A stretch of 63,106 nucleotides of DNA, filler included, from Chiloscyllium plagiosum (GCF_004010195.1; 5 parts of one record of this genome joined end to end with filler, not necessarily neighbours in it); one strand, 5' to 3'. Counted from the first letter of the whole stretch, positions 39,246 through 52,619 are shown. Made by a program: numbers and translations. The notes: generated from the sequence alone by a model not told the origin.

Positions 39246-40389
39246 TAGGCAGGAAGCGTGGGACATCTATGAATGTTCCTCTCACTGCTGTAATAAGGCA
39301 ACTTTGGAGCTTCCATACAGAATATGCTTCAGTAATTTATTTATATAAATTGACAAACATCTTAATGCAGGTTTATTTGCTGTAAAACAGTAATGTTTAC
39401 GCTTTTTGGCCTTAGTCCAAAACCAAAAGTGATAAGTACAATTAGATCATTCATCAGGACCTATGAATGAATGAAGCAGGGAGCGAATGAATATAACATT
39501 GGCCAGGAGATAGGACGGATTGAGAGCAGTGACCGTGGAGATAGCATGGGGAATAATAATATTCCCCAGTCATCATCACTCTTTCTGACAGAAAGAACTA
39601 AATAAAATGCAGAAGGAAACAAGCAACGTTTGGGAGATGCAATGCTGAATGACATTGTGAACTGAACAGGATAATTTTAAATGTGATAAAGTGAACTATA
39701 TTTTATATACACTCCATTTAATCATTGGGAATACAGATCGAGTCGGATCACTGTACCTGGAGCATTAACTTTGATTTCTTTTCACGGATGCTGCCAGACC
39801 AGCTGAGCTATCCCTCCAACTTCTGTTGTTTTTTTTTACTTGATCATTTTCTTCATATCTGACAGAGTACTTACAATTAAAAACAGGCACTAATAAAAAA
39901 ATGTGGAGGGCCATGGGGACAATACAGGAGAATAACAGTAGATATACAACTCATTCCAAGTTGGAAGAGACAATGGGCTGAGTTTCCTCCACGTTTACTG
40001 TAATAATCTTGTGATATGTATTCAAAGCCTTTGGAAAGTAGGGAGGCAAGCTAGTTTAATGAAGGACACAAAGTGTTCCAACATCAATAATCTGCTCCTA
40101 TTATTTCATCAAGTTCAGCTGCCTGTAAAATATCTTCAAACAAAATGGATTTCCTGAGATTTGCAGGATATTCAGAAATATGTTTTATTTTTCCTTTGAA
40201 TCTTAAAGAATAAACAGATTTCGGCCGTAATACAGGTGTTACAGACACATCAAATATAATAGGAATCAGAAAGAAAACCATATTGTCCAAATATAACCAA
40301 GTTCAACATGTAGACCTGTCAAGAAACATGAAATATAATGATATGGAAACATCAAATACAAAAAAAAGGGGTGAAAAAAGATGAAGAAA

Positions 40390-40530
40390 TATCTGCAGAG
40401 AGAAACAGAATTAACATATCGAGTATAATGTGACATTGTTCCGAAAAGTCATATTGGAATCAAAGGTTAGTTCTGTGCATCACTGCTCAGATGGTGTCCG
40501 ATATGCTGAGTTTCTCTCCAACTCTTTCGA
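40390..40530. mobile_element. Old palindromic Penelope-terminus remnant
   Basis: Imperfect inverted repeat ACAGAATTAAC...AATGTGAC / GTCATATT...GTTAGTTCTGT followed by a degenerate ...TGCTGAGTTTCTCCA terminus motif. Confidence 0.4.
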
Positions 40531-40709
40531 TTTCTTTTCTTTCTCAACTGTGACAAATTGTTTTATCTAAATAATATCTGCAAAGCCCCTATCTCAGTTG
40601 AATCTCAGGTAATGTGTTTTGGACGTTAAATGAGAAATTACAAAGTTCCTACATTTGACAGGATTCTAAATATCGATGATGCATTGCATTGTGAAAACTT
40701 GCCATGAAA

Positions 40710-42950
40710 ATGTTGAAACAAAAACAGAAGTGGTTGCAAAAGCTCAGCTGGGCTGGCTGCATCGGTGCAGAGAAATCAGAGTTAAAGTGTCAGGTCGGTG
40801 ATCCTTACTCAGAAATGATGGTAGCTCCGAAAATATTGATTGACATGCAGAAAAGGCTGAATATCTGTTAATGGAGAATGTTTGTAGCTAACAATAGAGG
40901 GTGAGTAATGAAGGCTATGTGAGAACTAGGCCTGGTTCATAGGTAGGGGACTAGGACATTGGGGAATGCAGGCCCTAACATTATTGAACTTGATTTTGAG
41001 ACTGAAGGGTTGCAGGGTCCACGCGTGAAAAATGAGGTGTTGTTCATTCAGCTTGCGTTGAAATTTCCAGGAACACTGCAGCAAGCCTGACACAGAGATA
41101 TTGTCCAGGGAACAGAATGGTGTGTTAAACTGGCAGGCAAATGGAAGCTCAGGGTCTTTTGCAGAGGTACAACACGGATGTTCTGCAAAGCTGTCACCCA
41201 GTTTACCCTTCATTTCCCAATGTAGAGGAGACCACATTTAGAGCAGCGAATGTAGCAAACTAGATTGTGGAAAATGATGGTAAGTTGCTGCTTCACCTGG
41301 AATGTACGATTGTGCCCTTGGATAATGAGGAGGCATCTCGCTGGAGATGGGGGAAATGCGGGTTAATGGTACTTTTCATGAGAATGCTGATGGGATGGTA
41401 GGCCAGCACAACGGGAACTCTAATGCTGTCGCAGGAGCGAAGAGATGGGATGGGTAGAAGTACCGAAGGTAGATCGGACCTGGTTAAGGGCCCTGTCGAC
41501 AACAATGCTGAGGAATCCTCGGTTGAGGAAGAATGTGGATATTTTAGAGATCTCATTTTTGAAGGTGACATCATCAGAAGCAATCTGATGGAGACAGAGG
41601 AACTCGGGGGGAGGATGGAATTGGGTCGTTGCAGGAAACAGGGTGTGAGGGTTTATATTCCAGATATCTGTGGGAGTCGATGGGTTAATACTGGATTTTA
41701 CTGGCCGGTCTAGCCCCAGGAATGGAAGCTGAGATGTCGAGGAAAGGAAGGGAGAAGTCACAGATTGACCAGGTAAAAGTGAGGGGGAGCTGCAAATTGG
41801 AAGTGAAATCGAATAACTTCTCCAATTCTGGACAAGAGAGAGAGGCAGCAGCGATGATATCATCTGTGCAACGGAGAAAAAGTTGAGAATGGGCGCTGGA
41901 ATAGAATGGGAACAAGGAATATTCTACGTGCCCCATGAAGGAACAGGTATAACTGGGGGCCACGTGTGTGTCCATGCACACCGTCTGTGTGGCAGGAGCA
42001 GGCGGCCCACACAGCTCTGTTTGTGGATTTTCAGGACGAGATAGAAGCGAGCTCTGCTATAAAAAGACCATCAGCATGGGGGGCGTTAGGTGGGGGGGGG
42101 GGGGGGGGGGGCAAGTGGGTGGGAATCTCCAGATTAAATATGGTCAGTTTTTGTAGTTGGTAAAATGGCCTAATGTCCATGTTAGGGTCATGGTCCTGGA
42201 GAGACAGGAGGAGGTATCTGCGAGCTGGTGCTCAGCCTCTGCAATGTCGAGGTCAGTCCACCAGACTACAACAGCACCATCCTCATCGGCACAGGCTGAA
42301 TAACACAGTCAGGATTGCATCTAAGTGCAGTCTGTTCAGAGGGCGATAGGTTGAATTTGTAGAGGTGGTTGCAGGGAAATTAAGACAACCAACGTCACGT
42401 CGAGAGTTCTCAATGAACAGATTGAGTTCAGGTAAAAGGGTAGAGAGAGTGGGCCAGCTAGAGGGAGAGTGTTGGAGCTGGGTGGCAGGGTCGATGGGAC
42501 ATGGAGAGAAGTCTTTCCCAAATAATTTGACACTGAGGCGAAGACAGCAGAACAGGAGTTCAACATCATGCCCAGTCCGAAATTCATTAAAGTGGGGGCA
42601 CGGAGGGACTCTGTTCAGATCTTTGCTGAGTACAGAACATTCGGTATCAGAGAGAGAAATGCTTGGCGGGATGGTGGATATACGACATGAGGTGGGGTTT
42701 GGGAGGGGGTGAAATAAGAATGCAGAGTATGGGAAGACATGAGAGTTCCAGACTGTCATGGGCATCGGTACGTTGTTGCAAATTGTGGACCTAGTGCATT
42801 TGGTTAGCACGGCGAATGAGCTGAAGGATAAATTAGAATTGTGGACTGATGCAGCCTTGAGCCAATGTGATGCGATGCTGCTGGACAGAGAAAATATTGA
42901 TCTCAGTGGGTGCTGACCTCGCATGATTAGTCCTCAGAACGTAACTGATT
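40710..42950 (-). mobile_element. Older, long Penelope-like element (RT + GIY-YIG), degenerate
   Basis: ORF fragments SLSDTECSVLSKDL, MDTHVAPSYTCSFMGHVEYSLF...LFLRCTDDII...FTWSICDFSLPFLDISAS, LGDSFAEH...RKLNEQHLIF. Confidence 0.85.
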
Positions 42951-44559
42951 GAAATAATTGGGAAGGTAATCTCACTGGAACATCCTGGTTTCACTGGAGT
43001 GACACTCAACCAGCAACAGCTTACTTTTCTGAGACTTTTGACCAATCTATGAAAACAAAGTATGTGCTGATGGTATTAACAGGACAAATTTATCCAAGTT
43101 TTTGGAAGGCAATAGCAAGGGCACAATTTATTTGTAATTTCAAATAGCTCTGGGGAAGGTGTCATTGTTCTGTGAGGAAATTTCCAGGACAGAATTTCCT
43201 TCGATTCCCATTGACTATAGTTTGGTCAGAGTCAATGATGTCACATGAGTCAAACATTAGCTTGATTCAAGAGAAGTTACTCTGATCTCAGCTCAAATGA
43301 CATTGGAAAATCCGTTAAAGTAATACACAGCAATAGGATAGAACACGGCTTGTTTGAACAATGTGCTCACTGTGCTCACAATGTTAAAGGGAAAATTGAT
43401 GCATGGACTTCTCATTCTGAGGAGACGTTTGTCTTATTTGTGATCAGCCTGTTTGGTTAAGTGCTACGACAGAGACAGAAAGATACTCCACTGTGTACCA
43501 TGGGGAACAAAACCACACTGTTCACGGTGCATCAGGCAGTGACAGACACACATTAGTGGATGTCCCTATTGGATAGTGATCATCTCAATCTCATCATTCA
43601 CTGATAATCCATAGCAGCACAGGAGTTAGCAGATCCCATCGCCCCCTTTGGAAAGCAAAACGGGAAATGGAGGGCCAGAAGAAGTGGGAGTAACTGAGGA
43701 ACTGGTGTGACTTACGGTGGGAGCTGCAGAAGAAGGGTGTGAAGGGATATCATCAATGGAAGAGTATGTAGCAGCAGAAGGGGCAGTGCAAGGGATTAGT
43801 AGGAATTTAAGGAAAGAGTAGCGTGGAGGATGAAGAATGGCAGATGACGCTTTAGAGTCAGGCAAAAGCTTGTTTTTGGGGAAGTGCGATTGGGTGAGAA
43901 AACATCACTGTTCAGAAAAGACGAGACTTGGTTTCCATTCAAAATTAAGAAAAGATTTCTTGCACTTTCTTTTCGCTCATTTGATTCTTGTTCAGATTGC
44001 ACATGTATTCTACATTTCTATATCTTCATCAAGCGCAGAAGACATGTTTTTCTCCACTCCTGTGGTGTCTCAACATTTTTGAATTTTTTTACGTATGCTT
44101 TTGCTTCCAATTCAAGGTAGTTATGAGAATATGACTGCATGTCCTGAAATTTGTCCATCATGTAGATTTTAATTGAATATTTATGCTCATGACACTCGAT
44201 GATTTAAACAAACAATGAATGAGTCCGTGTTCATTCGGCCAATGAATAATTTCTTCAGCTTTGTCAATTGCAGGGAATGTTACAAAGAACAGTGTCATGC
44301 AAAATGCTCATGTTGCAGTGCAAAGTGCCAAACCCTACTTCATTCAAAATTATTCACAAGCTTTATAAATAAAACATGCAGACGGGCAGAGTGTAAATGG
44401 TGAATTCAACTCTGTGCCAAAAATGCTATTTTTGGTTCCCTCATAAAAGATGTTAACTACATCTCTCTGGAAACTCACCAAAATAGGAAAAGCAAGTACG
44501 AGGAATTGAAGCAAGTTAAGTTTTGTTTGTGATATTCATAAGTGACAATGGTGAGAATG

Positions 44560-45430
44560 TGGAAGGTGGGGGAGCAGTGGAATTAAAAATATTGTTGTGG
44601 ATGACACAAAAATGAACTGGGTGGTTCACCGTCAGCAGGAAAGTGTTAGCTTATAGGAGGATGTAAACAGATTATTCAGATAACCAGATCAATGGCCGAT
44701 GAAATTTTTTTTTTCGATTAGATTAGATTACTTTACAGTGTGGAAACAGGCCCTTCGGCCCAACAAGTCCACACCGACCCGCCGAAGCGTAACCCACCCC
44801 TACCCCTACCCCTACCCCTACCCCTACATTTACCCCTTACCGAACACTACGGGCAATTTAGCATGGCCAATTCACCTAACCTGCACATCTTTGGACTGTG
44901 GGAGGAAACCGGAGCACCCGGAGGAAACCCACGCAGACACGGGGAGAACGTGCAAACTCCACACAGTCAGTCGCCTGAGGCAGGAATTGAACCCGGGTCT
45001 CTGGCGCTGCGAGGCAGCAGTGCTAACCACTGTACCACTGTGCCGCCCACAAATTTAAAACTGATAAACGTGGGATGATGCCCGTCAGCAGTAACAAGGC
45101 AAGTGAGTACTCAAATTGTGAAGGACGTGGGCAAAATTTGCTCGTTTCGTTCTTTGTATCAGGGAAGGTTGAGGAGGGAACCTAGTACAGGTGTACAAGA
45201 GCGTAAGGGGAATGGAGATGATGAACAGAGTGCAGCTGTTTCCCTTGGTCGAAGAGTCAAAAACAAAGGGACACACTCTTAAAGTAAAAGGCAGGGGACT
45301 GAGAGAGGATTTGTGGAATGTGTTTCGAACTGAGAGGGTGTTATGAATCTCGAATTCATTGCCCAGGAGGGTGGTTGAGGCAAGTACCCTCACAAATGTT
45401 TAAAACGCTTTTGGATTTGCACTTGCTGGC
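44560..45430 (+). mobile_element. CR1-clade LINE fragment split by a SINE
   Basis: DDTK and WPMKF motifs upstream resume as KFKTDKRG after the SINE; 3' region VL*ISNSLPRRVVEA. Confidence 0.65.
44716..45048 (-). mobile_element. HE1-type tRNA-derived shark SINE, full length, young
   Basis: Head GGGCGGCACAGTGGTACAGTGGTTAGCACTGCTGCCTC, B box GGTTCAATTCC, (TAATC)n tail, internal (CCCCTA)5; probable AAATTT target duplication. Confidence 0.92.
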
Positions 45431-46179
45431 GCCGATGTGATCGGCTTTTTTTTCGTTGCATGATTCTATGCAGTGGCAACCATGAACACTCTAATTTATT
45501 CCGATGCAATAAGCAATGACAATTGCTGGTTTGTTCCTTTGACTCTACTCAGTAAGTTTCTATGTTACAAACCAGCATGTCCTCACGAAGCTTCGCACTT
45601 ACTCAACCTCGGGCAGCCCAGCCATCTCCGGGAACATCCAGGGTAATTCACATGCACAGTGCAAGTATTGCCCAAAAACAGGACGAACATTATTTCAGCT
45701 GTTTGCCACCATTATTATAGCTACAGCAATATCATGGACACGGATTTTCCATCAATATAATACAGACTTCTATCTATACGGATGCTATTTCTCTGAAACA
45801 TAATAAATTCCTTCCCAGGTATTCACTTTGACAAACAGCAAGTTTTCCTTTATTTTGCTGCCAGTTCTTCATCACTGAATTTCCCACCCTATTCCACCCC
45901 GACCTCTTTTCCCTTTAATATCTTCTTGTGCACTGACTTCCTGATCTCACACACCTCAATCTATTAAATTCCCCACATTCTCCATCCTTATTTGTTAATC
46001 CCTGAAAACCCTGCGCCTCATCTTGATCATTTATTCCAACCTCCAACACATATTTTGGACTGATTTAATTCCTTCTCTCAGCATGGCCATTAGGCTGGCC
46101 GTGCCTAATGGCCTATTCTGCTCAGTTTCTGATATGCTGGTTTGGTTCCCAAGGTCCTGGTTTATTATTTTAAATTAAT

Positions 46180-46407
46180 TGACTTGCAGCAGTGAACCTC
46201 CCCACAAGGATGTTGGTGCTCCTCCAGTTAGGATGCGACTGGTCTTTTTTGTACAAGTCCCATCTGCCCTGGAAGAGATGCCAATGATCCAAAAATATGA
46301 AACCCTCGCCCCTGAACTAGTTTTTTAACAACATGCTAAGCAATTCTGTCGTTCTAATTCTTACCGCTTTTCCACAAGGCACGGGGCGTAATTCAGAGAT
46401 TACGGAG
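46180..46407 (-). mobile_element. CR1 ORF1 SGNH-esterase fragment
   Basis: Minus strand reads GEGFIFLDHWHLFQGRWDLYKKDQSHPNWRSTNILVGR. Confidence 0.75.
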
Positions 46408-46442
46408 GATTGTTCTCCGTAATCTCTGAATTACGCCCCGTG
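46380..46442. repeat. Perfect 28-bp inverted repeat with 7-nt loop
   Basis: 46380-46407 is the exact reverse complement of 46415-46442. Confidence 0.95.
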
Positions 46443-48239
46443 TGAGAATCCGTGTGAGAGGATTGTTCGGTCTCTCTCACACGCATACAATCACACACAC
46501 AGACAGACAAACACCACATTACTTTGCGGAAGAATACCAATAACCTTATAAATAATCAGAGTGGTAACTGGATTAAAGGATTTAGTTAAAGGGAGGATGA
46601 GAGAAATTGTATTTCTTCTGGATGTCAGTTGCTCACTGAGTTGGAGAGTTCATTTTCGGACAGTTTGTCACCATATCAGGGAACAGCATAAGCATTTAAA
46701 CTGCAACTGTTGCAAGTTTGGCTTCATTATGAAGTTTAATTTTTACTTAGAAAATGAATATTTTACATGTTGTATTCCAATAACTAAAACAAATCTGTCA
46801 TTGATTTTGCACACATCTCTTTGAAAAGGTTTGCCTTCTCCCTGACACGATAATACGTTCATCAATTGTTTCACTGACCACATTTCATATTAAATATCAT
46901 TCTTTCTAAAAATTGTAAGTTTTCAAAGTATTGTTCACTAAAATTTGATTGCACAAATAATTTGTTTAGTTTAATATGCACAGAGCGTGTTGAATTATTG
47001 CCATTTCTAAATTGCTGGCAAATAGCTCTTACATTTCAGTGAGAAATTAAACTGGTTGATTACATATAAATATATAAGATTGCTAAATCTATTTGATTGT
47101 TCAAACGTTTTCTCACTCTGAACATGTACGCATTCAGAAAACAACAACTTTCAAAATGTTGGAGTTACAATGAATTGTTTTGAATCCTGACATTGAATAT
47201 GTAATTCTAATCAGCACAATAATTAGATACCATGTTCTTTGTTCGATATGAAATAAAATGTACATGCTTTATTTCTGTGTCAGAAAATCTTGACAGGAGT
47301 TTATATTTTTGTTCCATAAATATAGAATACAACTAATTGTTTTCAGAGATTATAATTCAGTTGAATAATCGTAGTTCACATCTTATTTCTGCCCCATTCA
47401 TGGAAAATAGCGAACATCTGATTATGGATTGAGTCAGTATACTCAACACCTTGCAACGAGCTGCGCTGGTAATGGCTTCAAAAGGATCTAAAATCATTTA
47501 CAATGTTACTGGACCTCACAGCTGCTTGTAATACTGAGTGACACACTGACCTCCTCCTACATCTGTGCAGAGAGCTTCAAATCTGGGTCAGGGCAATCAT
47601 TCAAACATTACGTCACATCAAATAGTTTGGAATCCATCTTGGGCAGGGGAGGACTCACCAACAGGCTATCACTGCTCACAGTGTAGCTACAAATACTGGC
47701 CCGGATAGATACTCATGGCTGACCAGCAACCAGGATTTAAACATTCATCTTCAGTCAGAGCCTGGCCCAGAGATTAGATGTGTGGACATGGAGTGGCAGA
47801 ATCACACCGTAAAAGTCACTGAAGGTGATTAAATCTGGCCTGCCTCCCAGACACTGGGAAAATACGGTAATAAGTTGACAATCTGATGCACTACCTTATG
47901 TCTCACAAAGAAACCTCTGAAATCATATGCAAAAAATGTCACCTTCATATTCACCAGTATCAAAATAAAATTGTACATCTCTGTGGATGGCCAGAGATTA
48001 ATATATGGCTCACACAACAAAATGTATCTGCAGAAAACGGCAGCAAATGGACGTCAAGAATCACGTTAATTCTGTCTGGTGTAAGTCACCATGCACATAT
48101 TATACTGGCACTCAGTTGACGGTAACAATGAGCACCATAACTGGTGGTTTTGACCTATCACCCCTCCAAAGCTTCCTGATCCCACACACATCACTCCTTC
48201 ATATATTCAACAACTGATGATAATCCACAAGCTGGATGA

Positions 48240-48700
48240 AATAGGAAACACAGAACACTGTAGCACAGTACAGTCCCTTCGGCTGTTGACGTCCTGCCGA
48301 ACTTTTATCCTACTCTTAGATCAGACAAACCTACATACCTTTCATTATACTATCATTTATGTACCTATCCAAGTAAATATCCCGAATATAGCTGACTTTA
48401 CTACAACTGCTGGCAGTGCATTGCACACACACCACTCTGTGTAAAGAAACTACCTCTCACACCTTTCCTAAACCTTCCTCCGATTACCTTAAAATTATGC
48501 CGCCTCATGATTCCCATTTCCACCCTGGGGGAAAGTCTGTGGCTATCCACTCTATCTATGCCTCTCATCAACTTGTACACCTCTGTCAAGGCACGTTCAA
48601 TTCTTCTTCGTTTCAATGAGAAAAAAAAACCCTAGCTCCGTCAACTTTTCTTTGTAAGACATACCCTCCAGTCCAAGCAGCATCCTGATAAATCTCCTCA
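48240..48700 (-). mobile_element. CR1-clade LINE 3' fragment
   Basis: ORF 48401-48616 LTEVYKLMRGIDRVDS...RRHNFKVIGGRFRKGVRGSFFTQ. Confidence 0.85.
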
Positions 48701-49069
48701 GCATGAGGAGGTTCGAGGGGTGGAGAGGTGTGTAGGGTTTTGAGGAGGTGAGTGAGATAGGGAAGGGTGCAGGTTTAGAGGATGTTAGAAGCTCATTCTG
48801 TTAGATCAAACTCTGACAGGGAAACCTCCTTTTGACTCTCCTCCTTCAGCTGATGGATCAGTGTCCCTTCACGTGGAACAACACTTGGAGGAAGCCCTGA
48901 GAGAGTGACAAAGGTGAAGAATGTATACAGGGTAGGCCATTTCAAAATCACCGCCAAGAGAGTCTCAGCAGCAGCATTGCTGATCGACATGATTGGGTCC
49001 AAAAGGACATAGCTACAAGATTCTGTCTACACTGTGTCGGGAGGGAACGACTGACAGGAAGAAACATTC

Positions 49070-49628
49070 TTGACCTGGAGAATGTTACTTGGATAGGGAC
49101 TGGTGTCCGGGCTAGAGAGGGGCATAGGTGCTGGAAAATATTATACGGATAGGGAGTAGTGTCCGTGATAGAGAGGGGTGTAGGTGCTGGAGAATGTTAC
49201 AGTGATAGTGAGATGTGTTGGGGCTAGAGAAAGTTACAGGAATTCGGACGGGAGTAGGTGCTGGAGAATGTTACAGGGATAGGGAGTGGGTGTAGGTGCT
49301 GGAGAAGGTACAGGGATAGGAAATGGTGTATGTGCTGGAGAAGGTTGCAGGGGGAGGGATTGGGTGTAGGTGCTCGAGAAAGCTGCGAGAGATGTGGAGG
49401 GTTGAAGGGGCTTGACAGGGTTACAGAGATATGGAGGGCTGAAGGGGGTGGCGAATGTTTCAGCGATAGGGAGGGTTGAAGAGCCTGAGAGGGTTACAGA
49501 GATATGGAGATTGGAAGGGACTGGAGAGAGTAACAGAGATATAGAGAGTTGAAGGGACTGGAGAGGCTTACAGGGATATGGAGGGTTGAAGGGGCTGGAG
49601 AAGGTTTCAGCGATAGGGAGGGTTGAAG
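49070..49628. repeat. Degenerate purine-rich minisatellite (~37-40 bp)
   Basis: Recurrent GCTGGAGAAGGTTACAGGGATAGGGAG(GGTTGAAGGG) unit. Confidence 0.8.
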
Positions 49629-49728
49629 NNNNNNNNNNNNNNNNNNNNNNNNNNNNNNNNNNNNNNNNNNNNTTAATTAATTAANNNNNNNNNNNNNNNN
49701 NNNNNNNNNNNNNNNNNNNNNNNNNNNN

Positions 49729-51532
49729 CATGGAGGTTAGTGGGGTGGTAGGTGAGCACCCGTGGGGTTCTGTCCTGGTGGCGGTTGGAGGAGCGGGAAG
49801 TGGAAGAGATGCGGTGGAGGGCATCGTCGACCACGTCGGGGGGGAAATTGCGGTCCTTGAAGAAGGAGGCCATCTGGGTTGTACGTTTTTGGAACTGGTC
49901 CTCTTGGGAGCAGATGCGGTGGAGTCGAAGGAATTGGGAGAATGGGATGGCGTTTTTACAGAGGGCAGGCTGGGAAGAGGTGTTCACCATGGACATCCAG
50001 TCCCTGTACACCTCCATCCCCCATCACGAAGGACTCAAAGCCCTCCGCTTCTTCCTTTCCCGCCGTACCGAGCAGTACCCTTCCACTGACACCCTCCTTC
50101 GACTGACTGAACTGGTCCTCACCCTGAACAACTTCTCTTTCCAATCCTTCCACTTCCTCCAAATGAAAGGAGTAGCTATGGGCACCCGCATGGGCCCCAG
50201 CTATGCCTGCCTCTTCGTAGGATATGTGGAACAGTCCATCTTCCGCAACTACACTGGCCCCACCCCCCACCTTTTCCTTCGCCAAATGGATGACTGTATC
50301 GGCGCCGCCTCGTGCTCCCACGAGGATGTTGCACAGTTCATCCACTTCAGCAACACCTTCCACACCGACCTCAAATTCACCTGGACAGTCTCAGATTCCT
50401 CCCTCCCCTTCCTCGACCTTTCTATTTCTATCTCAGGCTACCGAATCAACACGGACATCTTCTACAAACCGACCGACTCCCACAGTTACCTGGACTACAC
50501 CTCCTCCCACCCTGCCCCTTGTAAAAACGCAATGTTCCCCCCAACGTGGTCGACAATGCCTTCCACTGCATCTTTTCCACTTCACGCTCCTCCGCCCTTG
50601 AGCCCCGCCCCTCCAACCGCCACCAGGGCAGAACCCCACTGGTCCTCACCTACCACCCCACCAATCTCCATGTATAGCGCATCATCTGCCGTCATTTCCG
50701 CCACCTCCAAACGGACCCCAACACCAAAGATATATTTCCCTCCCCTCCCCTATCAGCATTCCGTAAAGACCACTCCCTCCGTGACTCCCTCGTCAGATCC
50801 ACACACCCCACCAACCCAACCTCCACTCCTGACACCTTTCCCTGCAACCGCAGGAGGTGCAAGACTTCCGCCCACACCTTATACAAATTAAGTCTGTTTC
50901 CTCTAGAATTTAGAAGGTTAATGTGTGATCAGATCGAAATCTTCGAGATATTAACAGGACAGATAAGCTACATACATTGGTTGGGATTCTAGAATGACAG
51001 TTGCGGAGCGTTTCAGAGAACACCTCTGGGACACCCGGATCAACCAACCCAACCACCCTGTGGCTCAACACTTCAACTCCCCCTCCCATTCCACCAAAAA
51101 AATGCAGGTCTTCGGATTCCTCCATCGCCAGACCACAACAAAATGATGGTTGGAGGAAGAGCGCCTCATCTTCTGCCTAGGAACCCTCCAACCACAAGGC
51201 AGGAACGCGGGTTTCACCAGTTTCCTCATTTCCCCTCCCCCCACCTTGTCTCAGTCAAATCCATCGAATTCAGCACCGCCTTCCTAACCTGCAATCTTCT
51301 TCCTGACCTGTCCGCCCCCACCCCAGTCTGACCTATCACCCTCACCTTGACCTCTTTCCACCTATCACATTTCCGACGCCCCTCCCCCAAGTCCCTCCTC
51401 CCTACCTTTTATCTTAGCCTGCTGGACAAATTTTCCTCATTCCTGAAGAAGGGCTTCTGCCCGAAACGTCGATTCTCCTGTTCCCTGGATGCAGCCTGAC
51501 CTGCTGCGCTTTTCCAGCAACACATTTTCAGC
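49729..51532 (+). mobile_element. Penelope-like element (RT, partial GIY-YIG, terminus) with inverted piece at 49729-49980
   Basis: FTMDIQSLYTSIPH...LTLNNFSF...GVAMGTRMGPSYACLFVGYVEQ...LRQMDDCIG...FYKPTDSHSYLDY; internal deletion ~50532; CR1-like insert ~50885-50995. Confidence 0.92.
51443..51470 (+). ncRNA. Minimal hammerhead-ribozyme core motif in Penelope terminus
   Basis: CTGAAGA-A-GGGC-TTCT-GCCC-GAAA-C-GTC; helix I pairing is weak. Confidence 0.55.
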
Positions 51533-51534
51533 GC

Positions 51535-52172
51535 TAAATTCTATTGCAGTCAATAACTCACTCCTGTATATCTGTTATTCTTTGTCTAATCTGCTCAATC
51601 TCTTTCATAAAATTCCAATCTGTAACTGACTTCCATTGCTACGAGACTCTGTAAATAACCACCTCGAACAGTCGATATGATTCCAGTTTGTAAGTCACTC
51701 CTGGCGATCATTTATTCTGTATAAAACTACCCTGGACCCCCTCGATTAGATTCCAAGATTGCAATACGCACCGAGTTTTTGTTTCTCTGCGTATAAAACG
51801 CACCATAATCTTCAATTATATTCCACTTTGTGACTTAATATCGGTTATATGTTATTCGACATAAAACGCACACAAAAACCTCGACTGGCTCCCAACACCC
51901 AGACATCGGGTATTCCATTTATACCCGACCCCGACACTCACGATTAGATTCCACTCTGTAACCCTCTCCGGGGATCTGTCATTCGGTATATAAAGCACGA
52001 AGAACGCCTCGAATATATTCGACTCACTCACTCACTTGTGGGTATTTGTTATTCTACTTAAAAAGCACCTCGAACACCTTAATCAGATTCCAGTCTTTGA
52101 CTCACTGCTGTTTATCTGATTTTGTGTCTATAAAAAACCACGAACCATTCTGTTAGGTACCACGCTGTAACA
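51535..52172. repeat. Degenerate tandem repeat (~66-70 bp, about 9 units)
   Basis: Recurrent GATTAGATTCCAGTCTGTAACTCACT...GTATCTGTTATTC...ATAAAA...CCTC. Confidence 0.75.
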
Positions 52173-52619
52173 TAAGCCCTGTCGTCTTAAACTCATGTTC
52201 CTTCCACAACCGCCTGTCAAGAATGGTCAATTTCCTCCTCACTGCCGGCACCTGCCAATGTTTAAACATAATTTTCACAATACAGACCGCAAAGCAAGTT
52301 AGTTGATGGGATTCAGCAATCTCTATTGTACTCAGAATGTTCGTGATGCAATGTAATAATACCCATTCACGAAATTGCCCTCCTTCATTGGCAAACCCCG
52401 CATCCCAACTTTGGTCTGGGAGTGTAGACTGGACAGGGAAATGGGACTTTATCTGTCTCTGGGGTATTTTGGAAATGTGTCCTGCATATGGACATTACTC
52501 CAAATTGTACTCCATCTGCCAATGACTTTTCCACTCAGTCAAGCTGTCCACTTCGCGTCACAGCCTACTTTGTGTACCCAAAACTTTTTTCCCCATCAAA
52601 TGTGGGTCTTGTCAGTGAC

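Noticed and set aside
43180..44400. Possible Harbinger/MITE-like remnants here and at ~47500-48200
   Set aside because: Only vague terminal and peptide resemblance; I could not support it by eye
44970..45048. tRNA gene-like A/B boxes
   Set aside because: Head of the HE1 SINE, with no complete cloverleaf
49752..50891. 379-aa ORF, the longest gap-free ORF in the track
   Set aside because: Chimera of an antisense Penelope piece and a partial RT that shifts out of frame at ~50532; not a gene
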